64,000 nucleotides of DNA from a virus: positions 7,103-71,102 of IMG/VR virus record IMGVR_UViG_3300022752_000057; one strand, 5' to 3'. Numbering within the stretch: position 1 is the first letter of the stretch; each line of letters starts with the position of its first letter. Both the position numbers and the translations under genes were made by a program. The notes beneath the pieces are model-generated. The model saw only the letters and a list, made by a program, of their open reading frames with translations, did no database searches and was not told where the DNA came from. This document shows, one piece after another, positions 1 to 9,891 of the stretch.

Positions 1-2283
1 CATAGAAACACTACTGGAAGGCATAACGTTGCAATTGGTGCAAGTGCTGGATTTGGTGACGCTGCTGGATTAACTGGATCTCATAACTTCTTTGGTGGTT
101 ATCAAGCAGGATACTGCAACACCACTGGATCATATAATAACTTTTTTGGTCGCAACGCAGGATGTTGCAATTCTAGTGGAGGTTGTAATAACTTCTTTGG
201 TACTGCCTCTGGAAGAAATAATACCACTGGAGGTCGCAATAACTTCATTGGTCGTTATAGTGGATTTAGTAATAGTACTGGAACTTATAATAACTTTTTT
301 GGCAATATTGCAGGATATAACAACACCACTGGATGTAATAATAACTTCTTTGGTTATTTTGCAGGATACTACCATACCACTGGACTTGATAATACCTTCA
401 TTGGCAGATGTTCAGGTTGCGGTAGATTTGGATTTAATATCACTGGAGACAGCAACTTCTTTGCGGGTGTTGGAGCAGGTCTTAGTGCAACAACAGCAAG
501 ACAAAACGTTGCGATAGGTCATAGTGCATTACATAGAAATGAAACTGGAATTCATAACGTTGCCATTGGTGCCAGTGCTGGAGTCAATCAAACCTCTGGA
601 CAAAATAACATTCTTTTAGGCAACAATGTTAATTCTCCAGATCTTGCAGGAAGTAATCAATTAGTCATTGGTGTTGGAAATAGTGTTTGGATCTATGGAA
701 ACACTTCATTTAACGTTGGATTAGGAACCACAAATCCAACATCAAAACTTCATGTACTTGGTGATGTACGGGTTGTTGGAACTGTAACTGCAACAGCGTT
801 TGTTGGAGATGGTTCTGGACTTACTGGTATTTCTGCTGGTTCTGGTAGTACAGCAAACATTAGTGCCACTACCTTAGTAGTCTCTGGATTCTCTACGTTA
901 GGTAGTATCAGTGGAGGAAACTTAAGACTCACCGGCATCACCACAGGTCTCAGTATTCATGGATTTATAGGATTTACAACCAACAATAACATTAGAATTG
1001 GTAATGTATCTACTGGTTCTTCTATTACTTCTGGTACTAATAACTTCTTTGGTGGTAATAGTGCAGGTCAATTTACTACTACTGGAATTAATAATAACTT
1101 CTTCGGATGTAATGCAGGTCAGTGTAATGTGGGTGGAAATAATAATAACTTCTTTGGTGCTAGTGCAGGTAAATATAATGTGGGTGGATTAAATAATAAC
1201 TTCTTTGGACCTAATGCAGGACTGCAAAATGTTGGTGGAAATAATAATAATTTCTTTGGTAGTTATGCAGGATTTAAAAGTACTGGATGTTTTAATAACT
1301 TTTTTGGTATTCGAGCGGGATTCTATAACACTACTGGATGTAATAATAACTTCCTAGGCCAAAATGCCGGAAGATATAACTCAACTGGAGGTGATAACAA
1401 TATCTTTGGTAGTTCTGCAGGATATTGTAATGGATCTGGATGTCAAAACAACTTCTTTGGACCTGCTGCAGGATACTTTAATACCACTGGAAGTTATAAT
1501 AACTTCTTTGGTAATGGTACAGGATTCAATAACACCACTGGATCTAATAATAACTTCTTTGGTAATTGTGCAGGAAATTTAAACACCACAGGAAGTAATA
1601 ATAACTTCTTTGGTTCTTTTGCAGGAACTTTTAACGATTCTGGATCTGATAATATATTTTTGGGGCAAAGTGCCGGTAGCACTAATGTAACTGGATCTCA
1701 AAATATTGCTATTGGTTACAATCAACAAACGCCAATCACTTCTGGTTCCAATCAGTTAGTCATTGGTGCTGGTAATACTGCTTGGATTACTGGTAATAGA
1801 TCTTATAATGTTGGTATCGGAACCACAAATCCAATCACAAAACTTGATGTCATCGGATCATTTAAGGCTGCAGAAACAAGAATACAAAATGTTGCAGAAA
1901 AACTTACAAGAGTTGATGGTAATACAGTTTCGATTGCCTATACTGGTGGAGGTGGAAATATTGGATTTGCAACCAATCCAACAGGAGACATTACACTTAA
2001 TGTAACTGGAATTCCGACTGATAGTTCTTTTGATAATTACAGCATTACTTTCAGTGTAGTTGTAAATCAAACTGGAACTGCAAGATCTTGTACTGCAGTG
2101 AATTTAAATGGTGTTTCTAGAACAATTAGATGGTCTGGAGGATCCCTGGCAAGTGCAATAGTGGGAGTTACTACAACAAGTGGATACGATATCTACAATT
2201 TTACGGGCATTAATACTGTTGGATCAGCAAGCACCACATCAAATTATCAAGTTCTTGGAGTTGTAAATGGAGGTTTTAGATAA
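1..2283 (+). CDS. Tail fibre/adhesin-like protein with 14-aa NNFFGxxAGxxNTTG repeats; 5' end lies outside the window
   Basis: Frame 1 reads open from base 1 (HRNTTGRHNVAIGASAG...) into the 1129..2283 ORF; Gly/Asn 14-residue repeats and NVGIGTTNP fibre motifs. Confidence 0.8.
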   Translation, partial: HRNTTGRHNVAIGASAGFGDAAGLTGSHNFFGGYQAGYCNTTGSYNNFFGRNAGCCNSSGGCNNFFGTASGRNNTTGGRNNFIGRYSGFSNSTGTYNNFFGNIAGYNNTTGCNNNFFGYFAGYYHTTGLDNTFIGRCSGCGRFGFNITGDSNFFAGVGAGLSATTARQNVAIGHSALHRNETGIHNVAIGASAGVNQTSGQNNILLGNNVNSPDLAGSNQLVIGVGNSVWIYGNTSFNVGLGTTNPTSKLHVLGDVRVVGTVTATAFVGDGSGLTGISAGSGSTANISATTLVVSGFSTLGSISGGNLRLTGITTGLSIHGFIGFTTNNNIRIGNVSTGSSITSGTNNFFGGNSAGQFTTTGINNNFFGCNAGQCNVGGNNNNFFGASAGKYNVGGLNNNFFGPNAGLQNVGGNNNNFFGSYAGFKSTGCFNNFFGIRAGFYNTTGCNNNFLGQNAGRYNSTGGDNNIFGSSAGYCNGSGCQNNFFGPAAGYFNTTGSYNNFFGNGTGFNNTTGSNNNFFGNCAGNLNTTGSNNNFFGSFAGTFNDSGSDNIFLGQSAGSTNVTGSQNIAIGYNQQTPITSGSNQLVIGAGNTAWITGNRSYNVGIGTTNPITKLDVIGSFKAAETRIQNVAEKLTRVDGNTVSIAYTGGGGNIGFATNPTGDITLNVTGIPTDSSFDNYSITFSVVVNQTGTARSCTAVNLNGVSRTIRWSGGSLASAIVGVTTTSGYDIYNFTGINTVGSASTTSNYQVLGVVNGGFR

Positions 2284-2993
2284 TGTCTCCGATAATTAGT
2301 CGAGTAAGTTCTAGTTTTGGATTTGGCGCAATAAAAAAAATCATAGTTCCTTCGGGTGGTGGTGGAAGTGTATACAGTATTGTTTCTGGAAATAAAGCAC
2401 CAGTTTACGGTTCTGGTGGAGGAAGTTATCCTCCAACTGGTAGTTGGACTGGATTGCAGAATGGATCTGTTGATGATGCATTTGTCACTGTTTCATTACC
2501 ATTCAATTGGGCAATTAATAGTGGATTATGGGCAGTTGCGTATGTTGGATCAAATACTTATATTACTTTTGGAGCTGGTTCATCTCTTTATGCCAGTTTA
2601 AGTTCATCAAATCCAGGTTTAAATAAACTTATGCTTGGTGCAGCAGATAATTCCTATCAAAGAGTATCATCTATTAGTAATACAGCAGGTGGGCAAAGTT
2701 ATGTAAGAATAAGATATGAAGGAAACAATACTACTGTTGGGACAGTAGGATCTCCTGGAATTGTTTATGAATGTACATTTTTTAACCCATCTAGTTTTGG
2801 AAATAAAAATGTCGTTGAAGTTTTAGTTGGTAATCATAACCAAACAAGTGGACAGTTTGGTGTTGCTAATACGGCCACATATTATGCATCAGGAACCATA
2901 GCCGCAAATAAAAGTTATGTTTTTGAGGGAGATAGTTCGGGAACTTCTTGGACGATATGGACAGATTATAGAGTTTCTGGAACAGATTACTAA
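2283..2993 (+). CDS. Putative virion structural/fibre-associated protein
   Basis: 236 aa, Gly/Ser/Thr/aromatic beta-rich, coupled (TAATG) to the fibre gene. Confidence 0.55.
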   Translation: MSPIISRVSSSFGFGAIKKIIVPSGGGGSVYSIVSGNKAPVYGSGGGSYPPTGSWTGLQNGSVDDAFVTVSLPFNWAINSGLWAVAYVGSNTYITFGAGSSLYASLSSSNPGLNKLMLGAADNSYQRVSSISNTAGGQSYVRIRYEGNNTTVGTVGSPGIVYECTFFNPSSFGNKNVVEVLVGNHNQTSGQFGVANTATYYASGTIAANKSYVFEGDSSGTSWTIWTDYRVSGTDY

Positions 2994-3014
2994 TTCTAAA
3001 TATTAATAAAAATC

Positions 3015-3188
3015 ATGACAACATTTAATGTTTATAAATCTCAAGATGATGGTAGTAGAACACTTCTTTATTCCACTGAAAATGAAGAAGATGCTAAATC
3101 CGAAATGGATAAATTGGCACAAGAACTTATTAATGCAAACGATCCTTCAGTGATTTTCTATGAGGGAATAGATTATTTTGAGAAATAA
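3015..3188 (+). CDS. Small hypothetical protein (57 aa)
   Basis: Manual translation MTTFNVYKSQDDGSRTLLY...DYFEK; fills the intergenic gap. Confidence 0.6.
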   Translation: MTTFNVYKSQDDGSRTLLYSTENEEDAKSEMDKLAQELINANDPSVIFYEGIDYFEK

Positions 3189-3189
3189 A

Positions 3190-3345
3190 ATGAAAACTTT
3201 TAAACAATTCCAAGAAGAGTGGAGTAATAAATATAAAAAGAGTATTGATTGCTCAAATCCGAAAGGTTTTTCTCAACGTGCTCATTGTGCAGCGAGAAGA
3301 AAAAGAGCAAAGGGTGAAGAAACTAAATCAAAACCAGTTGAGTAA
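3190..3345 (+). CDS. Small basic protein with capsid-targeting-like leader (51 aa)
   Basis: MKTFKQFQEEWSNKYKKSIDCSNPKGFSQRAHCAARRKR...; stop overlaps next ATG. Confidence 0.7.
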   Translation: MKTFKQFQEEWSNKYKKSIDCSNPKGFSQRAHCAARRKRAKGEETKSKPVE

Positions 3346-6116
3346 TGCCACAGATCAAGACACATAAAACAGTTGAGCAAATTGCAAAGAAGCATCGTCT
3401 TGATGTGTCTTTTATACAAAAGCAACTTGAAATGGGCGAACCAATTGAGCATGAGCATACAAAAGATCATGACTTAGCAAAAGACATTGCACTGCAACAT
3501 CTTGATGAAATTCCGGACTATTATACACGTCTGAAAAAAATGGAGGCAGATGCTAAAAAGCATCATAAAAAATTTAAAGATGTAAAAGAGGATGCAGATG
3601 CTGGCGTAGATGATATGGATTCACCTTTTCATGCAGTACATTCTGTTCATGTCGATCATGACAAAAGATATTGCCCGAAATGCAAAAGGGTTGAAATGAG
3701 AAAAGAATGTAAATATGGTCCAATGTATTGGGACATGTTTTCTTTACCAAAAGAACTGAAAGAAGAAACAAAGTCTGGTGATGAAGGTCTTCATGATTGG
3801 TTTAATAAATCAAAGTCAAGTGATGGTAAAAAAGGATGGGTTCAGTTAGGTGGAAAGTGGGCAGGGAAACCATGTGCTCGTCAACCGGGACAAACTTCTA
3901 CACCAAAATGTGGAAGTTCCGAAATGAAGAGATCACTTTCCAAAGATGAAGAAGAATCGGCAAGAAGAAGAAAAAATATTCAAGATCCAAATCAACCACA
4001 AAAAACAGGTGCTGCCAAACCAACAAATGTAAGAACTGAGGACATGGATTTACAAGAAGTCAAAGACAAACCAAGTAAGGGTAGTGGTAAAAAAGACGCC
4101 TGTTACAATAAAGTAAAATCAAGATATGATGTTTGGCCAAGTGCTTATGCATGTGTTCCCGAAAAAACATCAAAATCTTTAACTAAAGAAGGATGGAAAG
4201 GTATTGATGAATTAAATATTGGAGATGATATATTAACTTATAATATTCAAAAAGATGAATTGGAATTTAAACCAATAATTAATTTACATAGATATAAAAA
4301 TGTAAAAACAAATATTATCAAAAGTGGAAATAATGGATTTATTTTTGAGTCAACAGATAATCATAAATGGGTGGTAAAATTACCAGAAACTACTGGTAAT
4401 CGGATTTGTAAATATGAAAGGATAAATGATAAATCTTTAATTGAAACTAGTGAAATTTTATTAAATAAAAATAATAAACATTTAGTAGTATCAGCACCAT
4501 ATTTTGGAGGGACTCCAACTAAAAGTGATAAAATTTTTAAATATGGTTCTAACTGGATTAAATATATTTTAGATATAACTCAGGAACAAAGACAATCGTG
4601 GTTATTCAGTGCTATTGTATATGATGGGAATCAACAAAAAATACAAAGATTGACAGAAAATGATGAGAATGTTAATGAGTTAGACTGGATGTATACTAGT
4701 TCTTGTGAAAACAAGCAAACTTTTGGACTTAAACAAAAAGATATTCAACACAGAGATGCATTCTTATTAGCAGCTTTTTTAAATTCGGGTTTGGTGACTT
4801 GGAAAAAATCTCCAAATAAGAATATATATTCTTGTCATTATACAAGTAATAAAAGATTCAAAAATACATCCAACTTTAAATTAATTAAAGAAAATATTTC
4901 AGATGTTTGGTGTCCAGAAACAGAAAATGGTACTTGGGTTATGATGCAAGAAACTAATGGAAATGGCATTATAACTATAACTGGTAATTCTGGAGCACTT
5001 GTTAAGTGTCGTAAAGTTGGTGCAGACAATTGGGGAACTAAATCGGAGGCGACCATGCACGAAGAAGAAAGATATTGCCCTTTGTGCAATAAAAGAGAAA
5101 CAAGATCTGAGTGTTCCTATGGTGAAAAGGCATGGGATAAAGTTTCTGTAAAAGACCACGAATACTCAATGGTTCGTTCAGAACTTAAAACAATCATGAA
5201 TGCAGCGAAAAGACTTAATGCAAAAGTAGGAAAGGGTGAAGGAAATCTTGAGGCATGGGTGCAGTCAAAAATTACTAAGGCAGCAGATTATATTGATACA
5301 GCAGCTGATTATGTTACAAGTGGAGAGATGGAAGAGCAAAGATTAACAGATAAAATTATTGATGAAATTTTAAATGAAAAATGTTGGTCTGGTTATAAGA
5401 AAAAGGGAATGAAGACAATGTTTGGAAAAAGATATCCAAATTGTGTAAAAGCAGAAGATGTATCACTAGAAGATGCAGATGGAAATACTTTTGCAGAAGT
5501 CATTGATTTAATTAAACCAGATCCAATTCAGGGTACGGCATCACAACCAGAAAAAGTCGAAGAAATGGTGAGACTTCAGTCAGAAAATGGAAACGTTGTT
5601 GCAATTACATTATCTTGGAGAGGAAAGTATTATGCAATTCAGATGTTCTTTCCACAATCAAAACTTCCAAGTCGTCAAGAAATAGCAGCAGAAATTCAGA
5701 AGATTTATCCAGACTCAAGATTAGTTCATCATTCAGTATCTGAAATTCAACCAGGTCAACCAATTATTAGAGTTGGATATCAGGGAGGAAGTCCTGCAAA
5801 ATTAGGACCAAATAAAAATTATGTAAAACCAATGGGAGAAGAAGTTGAGATTGATGAGGATTGGCAATCAGTTAATCGTAAGGATAAAACTGATGGATTA
5901 AGTCAAGCAGCAGTAAATGCTTATCGTCGTGAGAATCCTGGTTCAAAACTCCAAACTGCAGTGACTGAAAAGAATCCATCAGGTAAAAGAGCAAAACGTC
6001 GTGCATCATTTTGCCGTAGAATGAAGGGAATGAAATCAAAACTGACTTCTGCAAAAACTTCAAGAGATCCAGATTCAAGAATTAACAAAGCACTTCGCCG
6101 TTGGAATTGTAGTTGA
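3345..6116 (+). CDS. Modular intein-containing protein, likely virion-internal polyprotein
   Basis: 923 aa of short basic/Cys modules (EHEHT..IALQHLDEIPDYYTRL; KCWSGY..PNCV; SFCRRM..RRWNC) separated by acidic E-ending linkers. Confidence 0.75.
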   Translation: MPQIKTHKTVEQIAKKHRLDVSFIQKQLEMGEPIEHEHTKDHDLAKDIALQHLDEIPDYYTRLKKMEADAKKHHKKFKDVKEDADAGVDDMDSPFHAVHSVHVDHDKRYCPKCKRVEMRKECKYGPMYWDMFSLPKELKEETKSGDEGLHDWFNKSKSSDGKKGWVQLGGKWAGKPCARQPGQTSTPKCGSSEMKRSLSKDEEESARRRKNIQDPNQPQKTGAAKPTNVRTEDMDLQEVKDKPSKGSGKKDACYNKVKSRYDVWPSAYACVPEKTSKSLTKEGWKGIDELNIGDDILTYNIQKDELEFKPIINLHRYKNVKTNIIKSGNNGFIFESTDNHKWVVKLPETTGNRICKYERINDKSLIETSEILLNKNNKHLVVSAPYFGGTPTKSDKIFKYGSNWIKYILDITQEQRQSWLFSAIVYDGNQQKIQRLTENDENVNELDWMYTSSCENKQTFGLKQKDIQHRDAFLLAAFLNSGLVTWKKSPNKNIYSCHYTSNKRFKNTSNFKLIKENISDVWCPETENGTWVMMQETNGNGIITITGNSGALVKCRKVGADNWGTKSEATMHEEERYCPLCNKRETRSECSYGEKAWDKVSVKDHEYSMVRSELKTIMNAAKRLNAKVGKGEGNLEAWVQSKITKAADYIDTAADYVTSGEMEEQRLTDKIIDEILNEKCWSGYKKKGMKTMFGKRYPNCVKAEDVSLEDADGNTFAEVIDLIKPDPIQGTASQPEKVEEMVRLQSENGNVVAITLSWRGKYYAIQMFFPQSKLPSRQEIAAEIQKIYPDSRLVHHSVSEIQPGQPIIRVGYQGGSPAKLGPNKNYVKPMGEEVEIDEDWQSVNRKDKTDGLSQAAVNAYRRENPGSKLQTAVTEKNPSGKRAKRRASFCRRMKGMKSKLTSAKTSRDPDSRINKALRRWNCS
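4152..4988 (+). mobile_element. Intein (279 aa) with degenerate endonuclease-like insert
   Basis: Starts CVPEKT..LTKEGWK, block B TDNHKW, ends VWCPETENGTW..ITGN followed by Ser; removal rejoins WPSAYA-SGALVKCRK. Confidence 0.85.
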
Positions 6117-6118
6117 TT

Positions 6119-6772
6119 ATGTCAAATGAACTTTCCGATCTTTTTAAGTTAGTTGCTGAAGAAAAAAGAAGAAAAAAAGAAGAATTGGAATCTTTGATTG
6201 GAGATTCTTTTGAGAAACTTTTCATCGAACAACTTCAACCAAAAAAGAAAAAAGAGATTAAAAAAAATAAAGAAGAAATCAAAATAATCAAAGAAGAAGT
6301 AATTACTGAAGGTCTTCTTAATATTCCACCAGAAGAAAAAACTCCAGATCCATTAACTCCCCTAAATCAAAATTTTGTAACTTTAGATGATCTGAATAGA
6401 CATTATAACTTATTCCTTTCTCGTATTCAACAACAACTATCAACATTAGGTGGTGGTGGAGAGACAAATTTGGCATATATGGATATGCCAGTTACTTATG
6501 TAACATCATCTTCATATACAATAACTTCACGGGATTATTATATTGGTGTTAATTATGCTGGAGCAGTTACTATAACACTCCCAACACCAAGAAAGAATGG
6601 AAAGGTATACATAGTAAAAGATGAACTTGGAGAAGCATCCAAGGGAACGAATAGATATATAACAATTCTCCCATCAGGATCCGATTTAATTGATGATGAG
6701 GATAGAGTAATTCTTGCATATGATTTTGGTTCACTTACTTTTGTTTATAGAAACGGTTGGAGGGTAGTTTAA
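6119..6772 (+). CDS. Hypothetical protein, possibly virion-associated
   Basis: Charged N-terminus, QQQLSTLGGGGE linker, beta-rich C-terminus. Confidence 0.65.
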   Translation: MSNELSDLFKLVAEEKRRKKEELESLIGDSFEKLFIEQLQPKKKKEIKKNKEEIKIIKEEVITEGLLNIPPEEKTPDPLTPLNQNFVTLDDLNRHYNLFLSRIQQQLSTLGGGGETNLAYMDMPVTYVTSSSYTITSRDYYIGVNYAGAVTITLPTPRKNGKVYIVKDELGEASKGTNRYITILPSGSDLIDDEDRVILAYDFGSLTFVYRNGWRVV

Positions 6773-7992
6773 TGTCTCATTTATATAAACCAAGTCAAGA
6801 ACAATTTGATGCTTTTGGACGCTTAAGAACTTCAAGTCCATTAACACTTTTTGATTCTTCTCATAGATATAGAGATAATAATCTTTTTACCAGTTTGATT
6901 GTAGGAACTGGTTCAACAGTTGGATTTGTAACGACTCAAGGTTTAGTAGATATAACTGTTGGTGTTGGAAGCACTGCATCAGTTATCAGAGAAACTACAA
7001 AAGTATTTTCATATCAACCAGGAAAGTCATTGCAAATAATCAACACATTTGTAATGAATGCGCCAAAAACAAATCTTCGCCAAAGAGTTGGATACTTTGG
7101 TGCCGATAATGGAATTTATTTTGAGATTGATGGTTCTACTGTAAATTTTGTAGAAAGAAGTATTGTAAGTGGAACACTTACAGAAACTCATGCTCCACAA
7201 TCATCTTGGTTATATGATAAGATGGATGGAACAGGTCCTTCTGGATATACACTTGATCCATCTAAAGGACAAATTATGTGGACGGATATTGAGTGGTTGG
7301 GATTGGGAACAGTCAGAGTTGGATTTGTAATTGACGGTCAATTTATTCACTGTCATTCATTCCATCACGCAAATCTTATCCAATCAACTTATATTACAAC
7401 AGCAGCATTACCAATAAGATATGAGATTACAAACACTGGCGTTACAACCAGTGCAAGTACATTAAAACAAGTTTGTTCTACTGTATTGTCAGAAGGTGGT
7501 TATGAACTTCGTGGATTGCAACAAGCAGTTGGAACGGCAGTTACAAGCCCTGTAACTTTAGCAACAGTTGGGACAGATTATACTGTAATTTCACTTCGTT
7601 TAAAAGCATCACCAGATAGATTGGACGCAATTGTAATTTTGACTGCAGTTTCAATGTTAGGAACTACAAATAATGCAAACTATAACTGGAAAGTTGCGGC
7701 AAGTGGTATAACAAGTGGAGGAATTTGGGTAAGTGCAGGTTCTGATAGTGCTGTGGAATATAAGATTGATGGTGGAACTCATAGTGGTGGCAGAGTCCTT
7801 GCATCAGGATTTTTTAATTCATCTCAACAATCTTCAGTTCCAGTAGATATTCTAAAAGAAGCATTATTTAAATTTCAGTTAGAAAGAGATAGATTAACTA
7901 ACACACCTTATGAACTTACTTTGATATGTTCTGGTAGTACTATAAACGCACAACTTTTTGCATCAATGGATTGGGAAGAGATTAGTAGGTAA
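6772..7992 (+). CDS. Hypothetical protein, probably structural
   Basis: About 406-aa beta-rich ORF (DAFGRLR..., YQPGKS) coupled to the previous gene. Confidence 0.65.
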   Translation: MSHLYKPSQEQFDAFGRLRTSSPLTLFDSSHRYRDNNLFTSLIVGTGSTVGFVTTQGLVDITVGVGSTASVIRETTKVFSYQPGKSLQIINTFVMNAPKTNLRQRVGYFGADNGIYFEIDGSTVNFVERSIVSGTLTETHAPQSSWLYDKMDGTGPSGYTLDPSKGQIMWTDIEWLGLGTVRVGFVIDGQFIHCHSFHHANLIQSTYITTAALPIRYEITNTGVTTSASTLKQVCSTVLSEGGYELRGLQQAVGTAVTSPVTLATVGTDYTVISLRLKASPDRLDAIVILTAVSMLGTTNNANYNWKVAASGITSGGIWVSAGSDSAVEYKIDGGTHSGGRVLASGFFNSSQQSSVPVDILKEALFKFQLERDRLTNTPYELTLICSGSTINAQLFASMDWEEISR

Positions 7993-7998
7993 TTTACT

Positions 7999-9864
7999 AT
8001 GAGTGATGTATACCTTGGTAATCCGCTTTTAAAAAAAGCAAATACACAAATTGAATTTACTCAAGAACAAATACTTGAATTTGTCAAATGTAAGGATGAT
8101 CCTGTTTATTTTGCAAACAATTATGTCAAGATTGTAACTCTTGATCATGGACTGCAAACTTTTAAACCATATCATTTTCAAGAGAAATTAATTAATAATT
8201 TCCACCAAAACAGATTTAATATCTGCAAGATGCCTCGTCAGACAGGCAAAGCTTTGTCATTAGATACACCAATTCCAACTCCAAATGGTTGGACAACTAT
8301 GGGAGATCTTAAAGTTGGCGATGACATTTTATCACCAACTGGAGATTCTGTTTCAGTTATAATGAAGACCGAAACAATGTATAATCATGATTGTTATAAA
8401 ATATATTTTGATAATGGTGAAGAAATAATTGCCGATGCTGAGCATTTGTGGGAAGTGAATAGTTCGTATTGGAGAACTGGAAAAAAAGTTATAACTTCTA
8501 AGGATATATTTGACCAGTATCAATCAAAAATAAAAAATAAAAGGGGAAGAGGATTTCAAGGATCTTTATTTGTAGATAAATCAAAACCAATCAACTTTAT
8601 CAAAAATGTATTAAATATTGATCCATATCTTCTTGGTGTTTGGTTGGGTGATGGATATTCTTATGATGGAAGAATAATTGCACATAAAGACGATTACTAT
8701 TTCTATAAAGAAAAGTTTAATATAGAACATGAAAGAGAATCTAATAATTGTATTAGATTTAAAATTAAAAATTTACATTCCAAGTTAAAAGAGTATAACT
8801 TAATTAAAAATAAACACATTCCACTAAAATATCTCCGTTCATCCTATGAAGACAGATTGGAACTTCTTCGTGGTTTAATGGATACTGATGGATCTGTTAG
8901 AAAAAACAGCAGATCATTTGAATTTTATCAAAAAAATTATGATTTAATCTTACAGGTTGTTGAGTTACTTTCTTCTCTTGGTATAAAATCAACTGTAAGA
9001 CGAAAAGAAATTAAAGGAAATTTTTATTACACTGTATCTTTTTCAACTAAAGAAAGAGTATTTAATCTTCCAAGAAAGATTAAAAATATAAATTTAAAAA
9101 AGTCAGAAAGAAAGCAAGAAAGTAGACATTATATTCATAGAATAGAAAAAGTTGATAGTGTACCAGTTGCATGTATACAAGTTAATAGTGAAGATCATTT
9201 ATTTTTGTGTGGTAAAACTTTTATTCCTACACATAATTCAACAACTGTTGTTGCATTTCTTTTGCACTATGCAGTTTTTAACGATAATGTAAATATTGGT
9301 ATTCTTGCAAACAAAGCAGCTACTGCAAGAGAACTTTTAGATAGATTGCAGACTGCATATGAGAATCTACCAAAGTGGATGCAGCAAGGTATTATTTCTT
9401 GGAATAAAGGTTCTTTAGAGTTAGAAAATGGATCAAAGATTTTAGCAGCATCCACATCAGCATCTGCTGTTCGTGGTATGTCTTTTAATATTTTGTTCTT
9501 GGATGAATTTGCATTCGTTCCAAATCATATTGCTGATTCTTTCTTCGCATCCGTTTATCCAACAATTACTTCAGGTAAACAAACTAAAGTTATTATAGTT
9601 TCCACTCCACATGGTATGAATCACTTCTACCGAATGTGGCATGATGCAGAAAAAGGAAAAAATGAATATGTTTATACTGATGTTCATTGGTCTGAAGTTC
9701 CTGGTAGAGATGATGAGTGGAAAAAGCAAACAATTGCAAACACATCTGAACAACAGTTTAAAGTTGAGTTTGAATGCTTGGGTGGAGAAACTTTAATAGA
9801 AATACAAGATGATAATGAAAGTATCAGTAAAATATCTATGGAAGATTTATATGATAGAATGTGA
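7999..9864 (+). CDS. g17: Terminase large subunit, N-terminal part (ATPase), with a contiguous intein and a split-intein N fragment
   Basis: YLGNPLLKK start, Walker A PRQTGK/S, Walker B ILFLDEFAF, VSTPHG motif. Confidence 0.95.
   Translation: MSDVYLGNPLLKKANTQIEFTQEQILEFVKCKDDPVYFANNYVKIVTLDHGLQTFKPYHFQEKLINNFHQNRFNICKMPRQTGKALSLDTPIPTPNGWTTMGDLKVGDDILSPTGDSVSVIMKTETMYNHDCYKIYFDNGEEIIADAEHLWEVNSSYWRTGKKVITSKDIFDQYQSKIKNKRGRGFQGSLFVDKSKPINFIKNVLNIDPYLLGVWLGDGYSYDGRIIAHKDDYYFYKEKFNIEHERESNNCIRFKIKNLHSKLKEYNLIKNKHIPLKYLRSSYEDRLELLRGLMDTDGSVRKNSRSFEFYQKNYDLILQVVELLSSLGIKSTVRRKEIKGNFYYTVSFSTKERVFNLPRKIKNINLKKSERKQESRHYIHRIEKVDSVPVACIQVNSEDHLFLCGKTFIPTHNSTTVVAFLLHYAVFNDNVNIGILANKAATARELLDRLQTAYENLPKWMQQGIISWNKGSLELENGSKILAASTSASAVRGMSFNILFLDEFAFVPNHIADSFFASVYPTITSGKQTKVIIVSTPHGMNHFYRMWHDAEKGKNEYVYTDVHWSEVPGRDDEWKKQTIANTSEQQFKVEFECLGGETLIEIQDDNESISKISMEDLYDRM
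8251..9237 (+). mobile_element. Class-3 intein (329 aa) with LAGLIDADG endonuclease, inserted in Walker A
   Basis: Ala1 start ALSLDTPIPT, DAEHLW (Trp), VACIQV (Cys), PTHN/S end; LLGVWLGDG and LRGLMDTDG motifs. Confidence 0.93.
9775..9861 (+). mobile_element. Atypical split intein N-fragment (29 aa)
   Basis: VEFE/CLGGETLIEIQDDNESISKISMEDLYDRM then stop; resembles AceL-TerL/Cat IntN. Confidence 0.9.
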
Positions 9865-9891
9865 ATTTCTTGGATTATAAATAGTAATAAA

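Noticed and set aside
92-517. Alternative-frame ORFs over the fibre gene
   Set aside because: Shadows of the repetitive frame-1 gene, which is open from base 1.
1-1720. CRISPR array or DGR variable region from AATAACTTCTTTGG periodicity
   Set aside because: These are in-frame 42-nt coding repeats with codon-position variation; no cas or reverse transcriptase gene in the window.
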